Shown: positions 11,783-23,763, numbered from the whole stretch's first letter. The stretch: DNA of 63,684 bases, filler included, from Stramenopiles sp. TOSAG23-6 (GCA_900128565.1; 8 parts of 8 records of this genome joined end to end with filler, not necessarily neighbours in it), one strand, 5' to 3'. Program-made: numbers and translations. The notes: generated from the letters alone by a model not told the origin.

Positions 11783-11882
11783 NNNNNNNNNNNNNNNNNN
11801 NNNNNNNNNNNNNNNNNNNNNNNNNNTTAATTAATTAANNNNNNNNNNNNNNNNNNNNNNNNNNNNNNNNNNNNNNNNNNNN
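11783..11882. other. Artificial contig linker N-TTAATTAATTAA-N (also 23664, 35529, 47367, 59183, 60684, 62185; plain N gap 46978-47107)
   Basis: Identical 100-nt cassette with six-frame stops. Confidence 0.97.
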
Positions 11883-11970
11883 AAAAAATCTAAAAAAATT
11901 TGTTAGGTACAAAATTTCGTACGAAAAAAAAATTCAATTTCAAAATTAAAAAAAAAAAATTAAAACATAC
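11883..11970 (-). mobile_element. Introner-like intron, truncated by gap
   Basis: gt|gtatgtttt...cgtacgaaattttgtacctaac on minus strand. Confidence 0.8.
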
Positions 11971-12970
11971 ACACTAAACCAGGAAGACTGTGATGTGTCA
12001 TAAAAGTAAAAATTGCATTTCCAAATAAACCAGATAAACCCTCTATATTAAAAAACATTTCAGATGGTAGAGTTGATGGGATTTTTGCTTTTGTGCCAGA
12101 GCCATCGATTCCAAATATATAAAGTGCAGGAAGTAGAAACATAATTGAAAATGCTATAAACCGTACAAAAACAACCATGACTTGTAAGTATTGCGAAAAT
12201 ATACATATATATATATATTTAATGTGTTAGGTACACAATGTTTTGGAAAAAAAATAGGTAAAAAAATCTTTATGAAAAATATCGTACAAGTAACGCGTAT
12301 TTTGAAAATTTCCCATACAGATTGGTACCATAAGTAACCATAAAACCATAGTAAAAAAGTAGTAGCTTTGTATACCTAGTATATGCGTCGTTGATGAAGG
12401 TGTCACTGTAAGAATGGATTGTACAATGCATACGGCATATGTACATAGTGTGCCAAGGAGATAGAGAACTAATGCAAGATAGCTCATCCAAAGAAGATAA
12501 CGCTGAGATTTTCGTCGAGTAAAAAACATTTCACAAAGTTCAGAAACTTCGATTCGATCTTGAAGAGAAAATAATTCATTGCTTTTAGGGTTAGGGTTCT
12601 TCAAAGGAACATCAAGTAAAGGCATTGAAAGACTATTTGAAGCAGTAGATGTATCATCTGGTGTTGGTATACTACTGGGATTAGAATTGTACATGTTTGA
12701 AGACTCTCTTCGCCAATACAAATTCCTCTTTGGCTTTTCACTCACACTTTCAGTAACACGAATAGCATTAGCTATTGACATTGCCTCGATAACAAAAGTT
12801 GCTGTGATGAATCCTAAGAGACAAACTAATATTAGAAATAGAGTAGATAAAATAATTCCAGCGCCTTTGAATGCATATGGCAAAGTCAATACTCCCGTAC
12901 CAAGAGCAAAATTGAAGAAAAACANTGTAGCAATGGCAGTGCCATATGTATCCACAGTAGTTTCTCTCAT
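11971..12970 (-). CDS. TMEM104: Amino-acid transporter family, TMEM104-like; exons 12970-12288, 12185-11971, 3'-partial
   Basis: FNFALGTGVLTLP; spliced NTRYLQV; FMTHHSLPGL. Confidence 0.75.
12186..12287 (-). mobile_element. Introner-like intron GT..TT, flanks tt/tt
   Basis: tac tt|gtacg...cgcaatac-tt|a caa gtc; restores the TRYLQ motif. Confidence 0.9.
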
Positions 12971-13395
12971 TATAAGCCTCGCAGTTTCCCCTTGAATAAA
13001 ATTCAACGCTAAATTAAGTTGTATATATGATAAGAGTATGGATGGATCAATGAATGATCAATGAATGATCATACCGATTAGACAAGACAGAATAAAAAAT
13101 TTCATGTCAATGTTGTCCGATAGCAAATTAAAATTATTTGATGTTTTTGTTTTTTTTGTTTTTTTGTTTTTTTGAGAACAGAACACGAAAAATCCAATTA
13201 CATGTCGATGTCGATGTCGCTCCTATAGTACCGGTATAGGGAGTAGTAATCAAATCTCTTCTACACAGTTGTTTATATATCAAAGACTCTCTAAATTCAT
13301 CATCATGAATATTATCATTAAAGCTCAAGCTAGTATATGCATATGAAAACGGCAATACATTCACAGTTGAAAAATATATTCTCATACTTGCCACA

Positions 13396-13740
13396 ATGAT
13401 AGTCTACATTTTGATTTGTATTCTTTTAGGTCAACATAATCGATCAGTTGGATCTATCGAGCCAACAGCTTTTGGATTCCCGTCCGATTATTTTTGCTCA
13501 GGCCGTGTCTTCGATGAACCAAGACGTATGAGGTTGAAGTGCACAAAGAATAAACCTCGACTTCTTAACTGTAGATGTGATGACAGCGCCAACTCTCGGC
13601 TTATGAAGTGCCACTGTGATCCTACGCTGCGTGGTAATATGGTTGGGGTTGTGCCTTTACTCAATAAGTTTGTCTCAAACTCTACAATTTTCCCTACAAA
13701 TATTGAACAGCCTCCTGCTAATTCTTATCCTATACCCTAA
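13396..13740 (+). CDS. Small putative secreted Cys-containing protein
   Basis: 114-aa ORF with hydrophobic N-terminus and several Cys. Confidence 0.5.
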   Translation: MIVYILICILLGQHNRSVGSIEPTAFGFPSDYFCSGRVFDEPRRMRLKCTKNKPRLLNCRCDDSANSRLMKCHCDPTLRGNMVGVVPLLNKFVSNSTIFPTNIEQPPANSYPIP

Positions 13741-13817
13741 AAAAAAAGTATATTAATTGTGTATTGGTTTTTATTGTAGAAATACGAAAAGCCGAAAAAA
13801 AGATGAGATGAGTCGCG

Positions 13818-14778
13818 TTAACAACATGTGCACGGTAACTGAGGTTTTATGGACTCAGAGGCATACTCAACTGAATAACAATTTTCTGATATCATTTGCG
13901 ACATAAATTCAATATTTGATTTTAATGATTCGGATGCATATTGAAGGGCATTGTAATTTCTACATGAAACTTCATGCAAGTATTGTGAAAAAATATTGGA
14001 CATTCGAAATTCGTTAGATATAATTTTTTTTTAACAAAAATAAATTTTCAAAGTCATGATGATTTCGGATGATTTCAAAAGCATACACATACATGTATAT
14101 TAAAAAAAAATGTAAAGTGAACAATTTCATACTAAAAAAAAGTAATCTGAAATCAATAATGAAAACCTATATGAATTTACTATTTGCTAGCAGTGTATCA
14201 TTAGCATATTGTAACGCATTATAATTTGTAATAGATGCATTTTTCATAAAATCATAATCAGATTTTAACAAAGTATCTGCATATTGAAGTGCATTATAGT
14301 TACCTCCATCCGATAAGATATTTAACATAAATGATTTGTCTGACTTCATTTTGTTACAGACGCATTGAAGGTTATGATAATTCTGCTTTACAAAAGATAT
14401 AGTACACTCATTGCAGCAACACTTATTTTTATGACTTTCAGTATTGTCTTTTTTTCTTAAATTTTTATCTTCTTGGTTCATTATGGGTACGGGTAATGTA
14501 TAATCCAAATCATAATCAATCACTGGTTCTATTTCATGATGTTTTTGCTCTGGTGAATTTATTTCATGCACTATAAAACTTCGGATTAGGTCCATTTCAT
14601 TTTTATCATCTTTTTCAACTGTGTAAACACCCTCTCCATCAGAACTTAGCCGTTGTTGGTCTGGTATTTTTCGTTGTACAGTAAATCCTCGAACAAGATT
14701 TATTTCATTCGGACTTGCTCCATATGAACTCATATATAGCATATTCAATGTAAAATAAATGATAATAAATCTTTGCAT
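13818..14778 (-). CDS. Putative secreted DUF4116-like repeat protein; interrupted at 13978-14170
   Basis: Repeated NYNALQYA...LKS..FM units continue on both sides of the insert. Confidence 0.65.
13978..14170 (-). mobile_element. Two adjacent degenerate introner-like copies (14170-14093 and 14092-13978)
   Basis: ttc at|ataggtttt...aatatac-at|gtatgt...tatctaac...cacaatac-tt|g cat gaa. Confidence 0.6.
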
Positions 14779-15240
14779 CTGATTTGGAGTAATGCTATAA
14801 CAAGTGTCTTAATTATTCATTAATTGTACTACTATAATCTCGGCATAATCAGTCAAGGCATTTGATTTCTCTAGCTGAATCTTTACTAAACATTCCCAAT
14901 CCACAGAGAAATACTATTGTAAAGAAATCTCTCTCTATATATATATCTGTTATGGGTATCTGTGCTCTTTGTTGTTGTTGTTGTTGTTGTTAGCTAAAGG
15001 TTTGAAAATGATAATACACAGTACAAGCAGGACGTCCGAAAAAGTAGTATTTCTCTTTTGCAAAATTTTTAAGCCTTTTTTTCGCCTTCCTTCGAACAAT
15101 GAGCAGGTTTGCGTTTGCGCGTAAATTGAAAAGTCGTGCGCATCATCATCACACACACAGAGATCTATCTGAGAGATCGACGCACTCGAGTAAAATTGTG
15201 TGTAAACCATCTAAGTAATTAGGAACAAACTTTCACAAAA

Positions 15241-15657
15241 ATGGCTGATGCTCCACCAATGGCTGCGGCTCCTGAAGTAAGTCTTTTCTATTCCCATTAC
15301 TTGTAAAGCACAGGTATATCTTCAAATATTTGTCTATGAAATTTTTGTTCATTTATTATCGTTTCCCTTTGACATTTTTGCTTTGCTTTCGGTTCAACTG
15401 TTTTTACTTGTTATTGACGTTCATTAAATTTTGACTATAATTTTATACTATAGGTGAAAAAGGCACAGGCTGCTGCAACGACTACTCCAGCAGCCCCTGA
15501 CTTGCAGTCTCTCCCGATTCGTGCATATCTTGATCATACTGTAGTTCCTATTTTGTTACAAGGCATGTCTGCACTTGTAAAATCACGACCAGAAGACCCA
15601 GTTCAGTTTCTCGCACATTACTTGTTGAAAAATAACCCTAGCAAGCCATCTTCATAG
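15241..15657 (+). CDS. DPY30: Dpy-30 homologue; exons 15241-15276, 15454-15657
   Basis: [45 protein letters not shown]; ordinary GTAAGT..TAG intron at 15277-15453. Confidence 0.9.
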
Positions 15658-15804
15658 TTCTTAACAATATATAAAGTTTCGTGATTGTGGATCTTCTATA
15701 TTTACTGGGTTGCGGATCGAAATAGTAAAGCGTGAACCCTGTAGAGACAAATAAAACTTCAAATTTACTAACAAACTTAACTTCTATATTCATAGAAAGT
15801 ACAT

Positions 15805-17307
15805 TTATTTCAGAAATATGACCATTACAGTAATATCATCATGAAGTTGTCTACGCGATTTCCCACTAGGGAGTAGCTGAAGCAAATCTGTAGTCATTCC
15901 ATTACGGGCTGCGGCCTTAGACAAAGCTACGTGAACAAGTCTATCAGCAGCGAGTTCGCAAATTCTACTTGGAGATAACTTCACGTTTTCAATATCTAGG
16001 GAGTTTCGATATTCACCAACGATATTTACTGCTTCATCGTTGGAAAGTTCGTCCCACAAACCATCACTAGCCATCACTACGAAAGATCCTTCAGGTTTCT
16101 CCCTCGTGATCACACTCTTTATTTTTTCATCTTCATCACAGATAGTGTTACTATTATTCGCAATTCCCATTCCTTTATTTTGTGTTCCCCAGCTAGGCAA
16201 GCCCAATGATGTATGAACGTCACCACTAAACTTCGAAAGTTTAGTCAGCATATTATCAATATCATTGATTTGTTCTGAACCTTCCGAATCTTCTGAATTT
16301 TGGTTAGGGTTAGGGTCCGAATCTTCTGAAACTTGATTATTGTCACAAATAGAATCAGAATTTTGACGTAAAAGATGAAAGACTGTAACTTCTGGTTGAC
16401 ATGATACATATGGCGGGGTATATGGGTCTGGAATGTGTCGCCCTCGTGCACGACCATATAGTCGACTATACTCCGGACCGTTATATGCCTTTAACTTGAG
16501 ATAAAGATCTCCAAAACCTCGAGCTGGCATCAACTTACCCTTAATATAGCAAGCCCCAGGGCGTTTACAACGAACTGTGTTTTCCCCAGGGTGGGCTAGT
16601 GCAAGTTCTCTCTGAATTTTCAGGCTATTTGCAGAATGATCAGTAGTAAGTGCAATAGCAGTCCAGGCATTGTAATCGATGGAAGCAGTATCTACAACTT
16701 CTTTTACAGCTTTCGTTCTGTGACCAAGAATAGCCCGACAGTCGCCTGCGTTAGCAATCACCAATTCATTGCCGTTTTCCGACAGGAGCATTACAAGACC
16801 ACAAGCTCCTACGCGACCACATTTTTCAAAACCCAAACGAAAAGCAGTTTGAATATTTTTTTCGTAGCAGTCATCGATCTCTAGAAAGGACTTAATCAGA
16901 CACATACTATCACTACCATTTGTACGAGATTTTATAGTATCAAAAATATGGTCAAATATATTGCGACAGACAAAATCAGCCACTTGCCAGCCACCATGTC
17001 CGTCGAAGACACCAAACACTGCCATATTATCACGTATTTGGACTCCATGTCGATCTTCAAGAGGTTTATTAGCGTTGTAACAAGACGAACCCCAAGCAAG
17101 TAAAGAAGGCACTTTTGCTACGGCATCTTCAACACATGTAAGACACCCGGGTGCCTTATTTTTGCTACTGTCATTTACACTTGTACAAAGTGGGCGAGTC
17201 TGTTGTCTAGCACTCAACAACAAATCATTTTTATCAACTTGTGGAAAGGCCCAAATTGCACCTGCTAGGGTACTAAAACCACCCGCTCCGACTAATACAC
17301 GACGCAT
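15805..17307 (-). CDS. PP2C/PPM family phosphatase
   Basis: GVFDGHGG, ANAGDCRA, MASDGLWD, HDDITV motifs. Confidence 0.92.
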   Translation of the reverse strand: MRRVLVGAGGFSTLAGAIWAFPQVDKNDLLLSARQQTRPLCTSVNDSSKNKAPGCLTCVEDAVAKVPSLLAWGSSCYNANKPLEDRHGVQIRDNMAVFGVFDGHGGWQVADFVCRNIFDHIFDTIKSRTNGSDSMCLIKSFLEIDDCYEKNIQTAFRLGFEKCGRVGACGLVMLLSENGNELVIANAGDCRAILGHRTKAVKEVVDTASIDYNAWTAIALTTDHSANSLKIQRELALAHPGENTVRCKRPGACYIKGKLMPARGFGDLYLKLKAYNGPEYSRLYGRARGRHIPDPYTPPYVSCQPEVTVFHLLRQNSDSICDNNQVSEDSDPNPNQNSEDSEGSEQINDIDNMLTKLSKFSGDVHTSLGLPSWGTQNKGMGIANNSNTICDEDEKIKSVITREKPEGSFVVMASDGLWDELSNDEAVNIVGEYRNSLDIENVKLSPSRICELAADRLVHVALSKAAARNGMTTDLLQLLPSGKSRRQLHDDITVMVIFLK

Positions 17308-17629
17308 AGGTTCAAAATATAAAGTTAATCAAATTTTATTGACAAGTGATATTAACAAGCAAGGGAATTCACTTAATATTAGACACAAGTGTTCTTAGGT
17401 GTCCTCGGTAAATCCAATTAGACAGTAGTATATAAGAAGAACTATCCGATTGTTCCAACAATAATTATAGCCTAAATTTAGCATGCTCTTTTTGCTTGCT
17501 TGATGTTGTCAACAAACAAACAAACAATTCTAATTCTGATTGGCCGACAGACAAAAAAATCGAATTTGAATTATTTTTTTAAATAATAAGCTAACTAGGA
17601 TGCATATTATTAAATTTAAAATTTTATTA

Positions 17630-18547
17630 CTACAAAACATGAGTCGGGTCCCATGTAACCCGTAATCCGGCATCTAATGCAGATAACTTTGATATATCAT
17701 CTACATCTAATACTCTCCCACTTGATGCTACTATTGACACATTATCTCTAATATGTGTTACATTGTTTGACTTTGGAATACACGATATTTTACAATGAAG
17801 GGACCATAAAATTAAAACTTGTGCTGGGGATATTTCGTGTTTTCTAGCAATAGTACAGATGACTTCATTTTGTAGACAATGCCCTTTTCCAAATGGACAA
17901 TAACCCTGAACAATAATGCCAGAAGATTGACACTTTTCCATGAGGCGTTTTTGTTGTTGCATTGGATTGAATTCAATTTGGTTTACAGCTGGTATGACTG
18001 TATTATCAGTACGCAAAAGGTCATTTAAATGATGTTCCTCAAAGTTAGATACACCAATAGCTCTACAGCGACCACTTCTATAAAGATCCTGCATTTGACG
18101 CCATATCAATTGTCTACTTTGTTGAGGGTCAAACAATCTACCTTTGGAAATATCCCTTATTTTTACTCCAGGCCAATGAATTAGATATAAATCGATTGCA
18201 TCCGTATTTAGCTTTTCTAATGATTGCTCGAAAGCCCTTTGTACATCTCCAATCTCTTGAACATCTCCAGGCCACAACTTTGACGTTATAAAAATATCTT
18301 TACGATCTCTATCGGATTTTTTTATAGCAGTAGCTACAGTGCTTTCCGTTTGATATCTTGATGCAGTATCAACTAAAGAAACGCCTAGATTTAAAGCCAG
18401 TGTTAGACTTGCCTCTGAAATTCCACCGTCGTTATGTGTCGTACCTGTTCCAAATAAAGGCATTGAAGTGCCATTATTCAATGTAACCGTCGATGATAAC
18501 ATAGAAACTGATGATACAGTAGACGGATTATCATTATTCGTTTCCAT
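17630..18547 (-). CDS. Aldo-keto reductase
   Basis: DTASRY, FITSKLW, DLYLIHWP, IGVSNF, NQIEF, IPKS. Confidence 0.93.
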   Translation of the reverse strand: METNNDNPSTVSSVSMLSSTVTLNNGTSMPLFGTGTTHNDGGISEASLTLALNLGVSLVDTASRYQTESTVATAIKKSDRDRKDIFITSKLWPGDVQEIGDVQRAFEQSLEKLNTDAIDLYLIHWPGVKIRDISKGRLFDPQQSRQLIWRQMQDLYRSGRCRAIGVSNFEEHHLNDLLRTDNTVIPAVNQIEFNPMQQQKRLMEKCQSSGIIVQGYCPFGKGHCLQNEVICTIARKHEISPAQVLILWSLHCKISCIPKSNNVTHIRDNVSIVASSGRVLDVDDISKLSALDAGLRVTWDPTHVL

Positions 18548-18604
18548 TACAACTCTTCATGATAATCTATTACTGGTGTTTACAAAAGTCAAACTCAAAA
18601 AAAA

Positions 18605-18690
18605 AATGACAGCGCGAGCCGCGAGCGGTCAAAACGTGAGGCGCTCGCTCTGCTCTCGAGACTCTCGAGTCTCGACTCTCGAGAGCCTCC
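18605..18690. promoter_or_regulatory. CpG/TCGAG-rich islet between divergent genes (putative bidirectional promoter)
   Basis: gcgcgagccgcgagcgg...ctctcgagactctcgagtctcgactctcgagag in AT-rich surroundings. Confidence 0.4.
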
Positions 18691-18744
18691 AACATTTGCT
18701 GATTTAATATTAAGATTTCATACTGCGACTGAAATCAATTGAAA

Positions 18745-19417
18745 ATGAAATTCAATATATTTGTAATAGCTTTGATAGTAATGCTATCGACGATCTCCTA
18801 CGCCTTGGTAATCGATGATAAAGTTCGAAAGCTTCAAAATGAACTGAGACGTCTAAAAGAAGATGAAGCTCTTTTGGCTCTACAGAAGGCAATGTTAGAC
18901 AAAACATTCAATATAAACGGACAAGGAAATGGTGGACAAACAGTTTTTATGTCAGCTGTACTTGGAGGAAATATATCAATAGTTAAATGGTTACTTACAC
19001 AAAAACGTGTGGAATTTATGATACCAGAAAAGGATGGCTATACCCCAATGCACGGTGCAGGTTTCCAAGGCCGTGCAAAGATTGCACAGTTGTTGATTGA
19101 CCACGGTCTTGCATATGATGATTTACACGAAGATGGTTATATGCCAATTCACCGAGCAGCATGGGGTCGGAATACTCGACATACAGACACAGTCAAAGTA
19201 TTTCTTGATGCAGGAGCCAAGCCTACTTTGTACATTTTCATCATGAATTTCAATTTTTTTTAGTATGAAAACTTTGTACCTAACGAATTTCAAATTTAAA
19301 TACTTTTCACAATACTTAACTTCGAAAGATGGTAGAAGCTTGTTACAGCACACGTTAAACTCGTCAACTATGCAACTGCTAAAAAAACGGAAATCAATTC
19401 AACACCAAGATTTGTAG
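18745..19417 (+). CDS. Secretory-pathway ankyrin-repeat protein; exons 18745-19229, 19318-19417
   Basis: Signal peptide; GQTVFMSAV, GYTPMHGAG, GYMPIHRAA; spliced C-terminus HQDL (KDEL-like). Confidence 0.85.
19230..19317 (+). mobile_element. Introner-like intron GT..TT, flanks tt/tt
   Basis: act tt|gtacatttt...gtacctaac...cacaatac-tt|a act tcg. Confidence 0.85.
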
Positions 19418-19774
19418 TATATATTATCTAAAATAGTTTTTCAAACAAAATTCATTTTAGTCTCAAAACTCATGGGTGATGCAAATGAAAGTGAGTTAAG
19501 AATTAGGGTTTAGGGTTAGGATGCAAATGAAAGTCAGTTACTATGTAGAATTTGCCAAGGTTCAAAATGTATGATGCCAGACACGAGTTTCTCAATTTGT
19601 TACTTGAAAGTTTACATCACGTATAGATAAAGTATTCAAAATGAGTCTTTGTGTTTATATTGAATTTTTTTCTTAGGTACACAAAAAAAAAATAAGTTCA
19701 ACTTTGATAATGTAGTAGTATTGAAAAAAAGTTTTTGAGTTTTATATTTAAATCTAGTGTGTCTAACACAACCA

Positions 19775-21798
19775 CTACGTCACTATTTCTGGTTCAATAT
19801 CACCAGTAGACTGATCATCGACAACTTCTTTCGCTGCTGCGGATACTATTTGTGCAGCAACACCAGCCTGAAAGCAAACATCTTCATCATCATCTTTCAT
19901 CATATTTTCGAGCCTCATTCTAGCACTTGAAACAATTTCATCACTGATATCTGAACACCTCAACAAGCTAGCAATTGCACCAGCGGCTGCAATACGTACA
20001 TTTGGTACATCTTGCCGACCAGCATCGATACAAACTTGAGCAAGTATAATACCAACTCCATTTTTTTGTAATTCAAGCAAAGATTTTATTGCATATAGAC
20101 CAGTGACTCTATCTAGGTAATTCGTCGCATCACCGTAGAAATCAAGAATAGCGGGTATTAGTTCAATTCTCAACCACTCGTCACCAATAGTATCTACCAA
20201 TTCACACAAAGCCTTTGCAGACGATCTACGAACAGCATCAACGTCATCTGTTAAAGATTGCATTAAAACCGGTAATAATTCTTTCTTATAAAAGTCAATA
20301 TCAAGCACCGTTGCTAACTTAGGTAACTGACAAACAATTTCTCGTCTGATTCTCCACATTCCATTTTCAGTCGAAGTTGCCAATCGAATGATTTCTGGAA
20401 GAAAAGTGGCTTGAAAATCATCTGGCCCCAATACATTTGAGATTTCACCCAAACGTGACAATGTGTCTATGCGAGTTTTAAAGTCATTAAATTCGTCTCC
20501 CTGGACAAATGATAAAATATGGCTGCCCATTTCGTCAGGCATGACACTCAAAAGGTCAATTGCTGCCGCAGCAAGAGTAACTCGGACAGCTTGCGCATCG
20601 TCCATCAACAACTCACTAAATACATTAGTTTCAACAATTTTTGATCTAAAAGCTTCAGTCCCGACCAACTCACAATAACCTACAATACCAGGAGATGCAG
20701 CAATTCGGACTTCTCTCTCAGGATCAGTTAATAGAATAGTATAGCCCTCTAGTAGTTCTGTACGTGATATTTCGCTACCCAACTCCTTCGAGATATTACA
20801 ATGTATTTTGGAAAAATATTTCAAAAAAACATCGTTAGGTACATAATTTCGTACGAAAAATAAATTCAAAATTGAAAAAAATTAAACATACATACTCCTT
20901 GGCAACATGTTTTCGAACACGCCACGAAGAATCTTGTAAACATGCTTTCACGATTGGTATTACTTGTGACACTGCTTCAGAGCGTGGAAGTGATTTAGCT
21001 AAATTCGTATTTGCATGTATTCTGGAAAAATATGCCAAATTCGAAATATGTTAGGTACGAAAATGTTTTTTTTTTCGTAAAAAAAAAAAAATTTTGAAAA
21101 AAAAAAAAAAGGAAACGTACATGAATGACAAGCACCCTCACAGAATCGGATTCATCATTCCATAACTGTTTAAATTGTGCTAGTAATTCTGAAAGTAAGA
21201 ATTCGGGCTCAACTTTATCTACCATGACACCAAACACTGCTGCAGCTGCGCGGCGAACCATAGGAGTTTCGTCTTGACAATTTGCTAAGTAAATGTTGCG
21301 AAGAATTTGATGTGCTTGTGGGTCTGTAGAAAAATTATAAGTATTCGCCACTAATGCACACGAGGAAACTCGTGAAGTAAACCAAAGTGCTTCGGATAAA
21401 CGGCGAATTATTGGGACAAGAACTTGGTCTACTACGCTACTGGAAAGCTCGGCGGCAATTGTGCAAGTAGATTGTACTGCCATGTCTCGCACCACAGTTT
21501 CTTCAACACCGCATAAAACTTCTAGAATTTCTAAAAGACAGACTGCATGATGTGCACCCCCTACAAGATCAACAAATTTTCCCAAATTCTCTGCCATTAG
21601 CAATAACAGTTCATCATCTTCTTCTAAGAAATTTTTCATGGCTGGTACTAACTCGCTGCGAGTACGCTCAGGACCGACTGCCTTTGCTAGCTTACTCACT
21701 GCTCTCATACACCGCACACGCACTTCCATATCATCGCAACGCAAATCTTCTGTAAAAAGCTTGATTGGATCAGAAGTAAGCGTTACAACCTCCATCAT
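19775..21798 (-). CDS. PPP2R1A: PP2A scaffold (A) subunit-like HEAT protein; exons 21798-21121, 21014-20892, 20800-19775
   Basis: AVGPERTRSELVP, VEETVVRD, WFTSRVSSC, DETPMVRRAAA, DSSWRVR, DVPNVRI. Confidence 0.9.
20801..20891 (-). mobile_element. Introner-like intron GT..AT, flanks at/at
   Basis: gag tat|gtatgttt...aaaatac-at|tgt aat. Confidence 0.9.
21015..21120 (-). mobile_element. Introner-like intron GT..AT, flanks at/at
   Basis: att cat|gtacgttt...agaatac-at|gca aat. Confidence 0.9.
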
Positions 21799-22279
21799 TG
21801 CAAAGTATTGTTGGGTGATGAGAACTACTGATAAAAAAAACTCAGCAATATATTCATCATCATTCGAGAGCATATGAAAAGGGTCGAATTTGAAAACCCT
21901 AACCCTAGCCTAGCGCTAGACCTGTAGCTGTCCTACTTTCAAAATTTTCAAATTTATGCGAGTCGAGCAAGCGCTAGCGCGAGGATCTCGATTCTCGATC
22001 GATCCCGTAGTTAATTGGTACAAACCGGTAGAGTCTATCTAGAAAGTTGAGAGTGTTCAGGGGCCGAGAGATACTTTGTATATAGTAGTAGTATCGCAAT
22101 TTTTACGAAATAATTGAGTAGCCAGTGCTTGAATGCAACCGCTCTTATAAGGTTTTCACAAGTCATTCTATCATTCTCTAAATTTGCGGAACAGTGTTTT
22201 AGTCATCAGCTAGTGCCGCTTATTTTTAAATTCGACCTCAAAGTAGTCGGAATAACACAAATCGATACTTTTGAATTGG

Positions 22280-23376
22280 ATGGCAGAGCAACCAAACATG
22301 GTGAATTCTGCGACTCCATTAGATGATACTGTTGATATTACCGAAGAAATTGACAAAGATGGCGATCACTCTGATGAAGAAGCTGAACTGGACGCAAAAG
22401 ATGTATTGCGAAGAAGAGACTTTGTCGAGTATAGCGATAACCGAAAGTATTGTAAAATGTCAGGTGAAATCATTGGAAAGGGTGCTTTTAAAAAGGTTTA
22501 TCGAGCTTTGGACGCCCAAAAGGGTCGAGAAGTTGCATGGTCATCCGTTCCATTGACTCATCTTGACGAGCATCAACGGCGTAGTATTATTCGTGAGGTA
22601 AAAGTTCAAAAGTTGCTGAAGCACCGGCATTTGCTTCCATTGGAGTCGGCATGGATTAATAACGACAAAGAAGAAGTCGTTTTAATTACGCCATTGGGTA
22701 CACCTCTAGTAAAATTTATAGAGCGATGGAGTGGAAATCTTCGTTTAATGCCAGTCAAACGATGGGCGAAACAACTTCTGACTGCTTTATCGTATTTGCA
22801 TACTCATTCCCCCCAAGTTGTCCATAGGGATTTAAAATGTGACAATATTTTACTTGCGCCAACTGGCGACATATGGCTTTCTGATTATGGGATGGCACGA
22901 TTTGTAGGGACAGGTACACAGCAAGGAAATATGACTACATATGTAGGAACTGCCGCTTTCATGGCTCCTGAGATGTACGACATGGGTTCGTATACTGAGA
23001 AAGTCGACATTTATGCTTTTGGTATGACAATGATTGAAATTATGACTGGTAAAGCTCCGCATTCAGACTGTGGTTGTGTTCCATATAGAATAATGATGAA
23101 AGTAACTCGTGGGATTCAACCTAAAGAGCTCGATTTCATTCGAGACCCACAGGCAAAAGATTTTATTAAGTGTTGTATTGTCATGTACGTTTCCTTCTTC
23201 CATGTCGAGTGTATATTTTTTTTTCTTGATAATTTCGTACCTTACAAATTTCGAATTTCTGATGTTTTTCACAATACATGGATGCCGAGAAGCGTCCAGA
23301 TGCACGTGAGTTATTGCTGCACCCGTTTTTACAAACTGCGGCCAGTACAGACACTAAAGATCTGGAAGGTAATTAA
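22280..23376 (+). CDS. WNK-family Ser/Thr kinase; exons 22280-23184, 23280-23376 (frame stays open past the TAA)
   Basis: GKGAFKKVY with no beta-3 Lys (VAWSSV); HRDLKCDNI; spliced end KRPDARELLLHPFL. Confidence 0.88.
23185..23279 (+). mobile_element. Introner-like intron GT..AT, flanks at/at
   Basis: gtc at|gtacgttt...cacaatac-at|g gat gcc; restores kinase subdomain XI. Confidence 0.9.
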
Positions 23377-23566
23377 AAAGAAATTCCGAAACCATTAACT
23401 TTGAATAATTTAGAAGCAGTCATCGATAATCATAATTCCAAATATTCCAAATCAAATGGTACAGATCCTAGTTCTATTGATGTCGAAAGTGATACTGCAT
23501 TTAAGGAATTATCAAAACGAGCCCAAGCTGCTGTAATTGAAGCAGGGCAAGATAAAGAATTAGATC

Positions 23567-23663
23567 GTATGTTTTATTTTTTTTTCAATTTCGAATTTAT
23601 TTTTTTCAAAAAAATTTGTACCTAACAAATTTTAGTTTTTTTTTTTGAAATATTTTTCCAAAA
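23567..23663 (+). mobile_element. Introner-like intron, truncated by gap
   Basis: gtatgtttt...gtacctaac...tgaaatatttttcc. Confidence 0.75.
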
Positions 23664-23763
23664 NNNNNNNNNNNNNNNNNNNNNNNNNNNNNNNNNNNNN
23701 NNNNNNNTTAATTAATTAANNNNNNNNNNNNNNNNNNNNNNNNNNNNNNNNNNNNNNNNNNNN

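Noticed and set aside
11783-11882. Recurrent TTAATTAATTAA palindrome within N runs
   Set aside because: Identical cassette at seven gaps with stops in all frames: an artificial linker, not biology.
23374-23376. Alternative genetic code (TAA reassigned)
   Set aside because: Conserved genes end properly at TAA, TAG or TGA and long ORFs have no internal stops. Other apparent stops lie within the introns.
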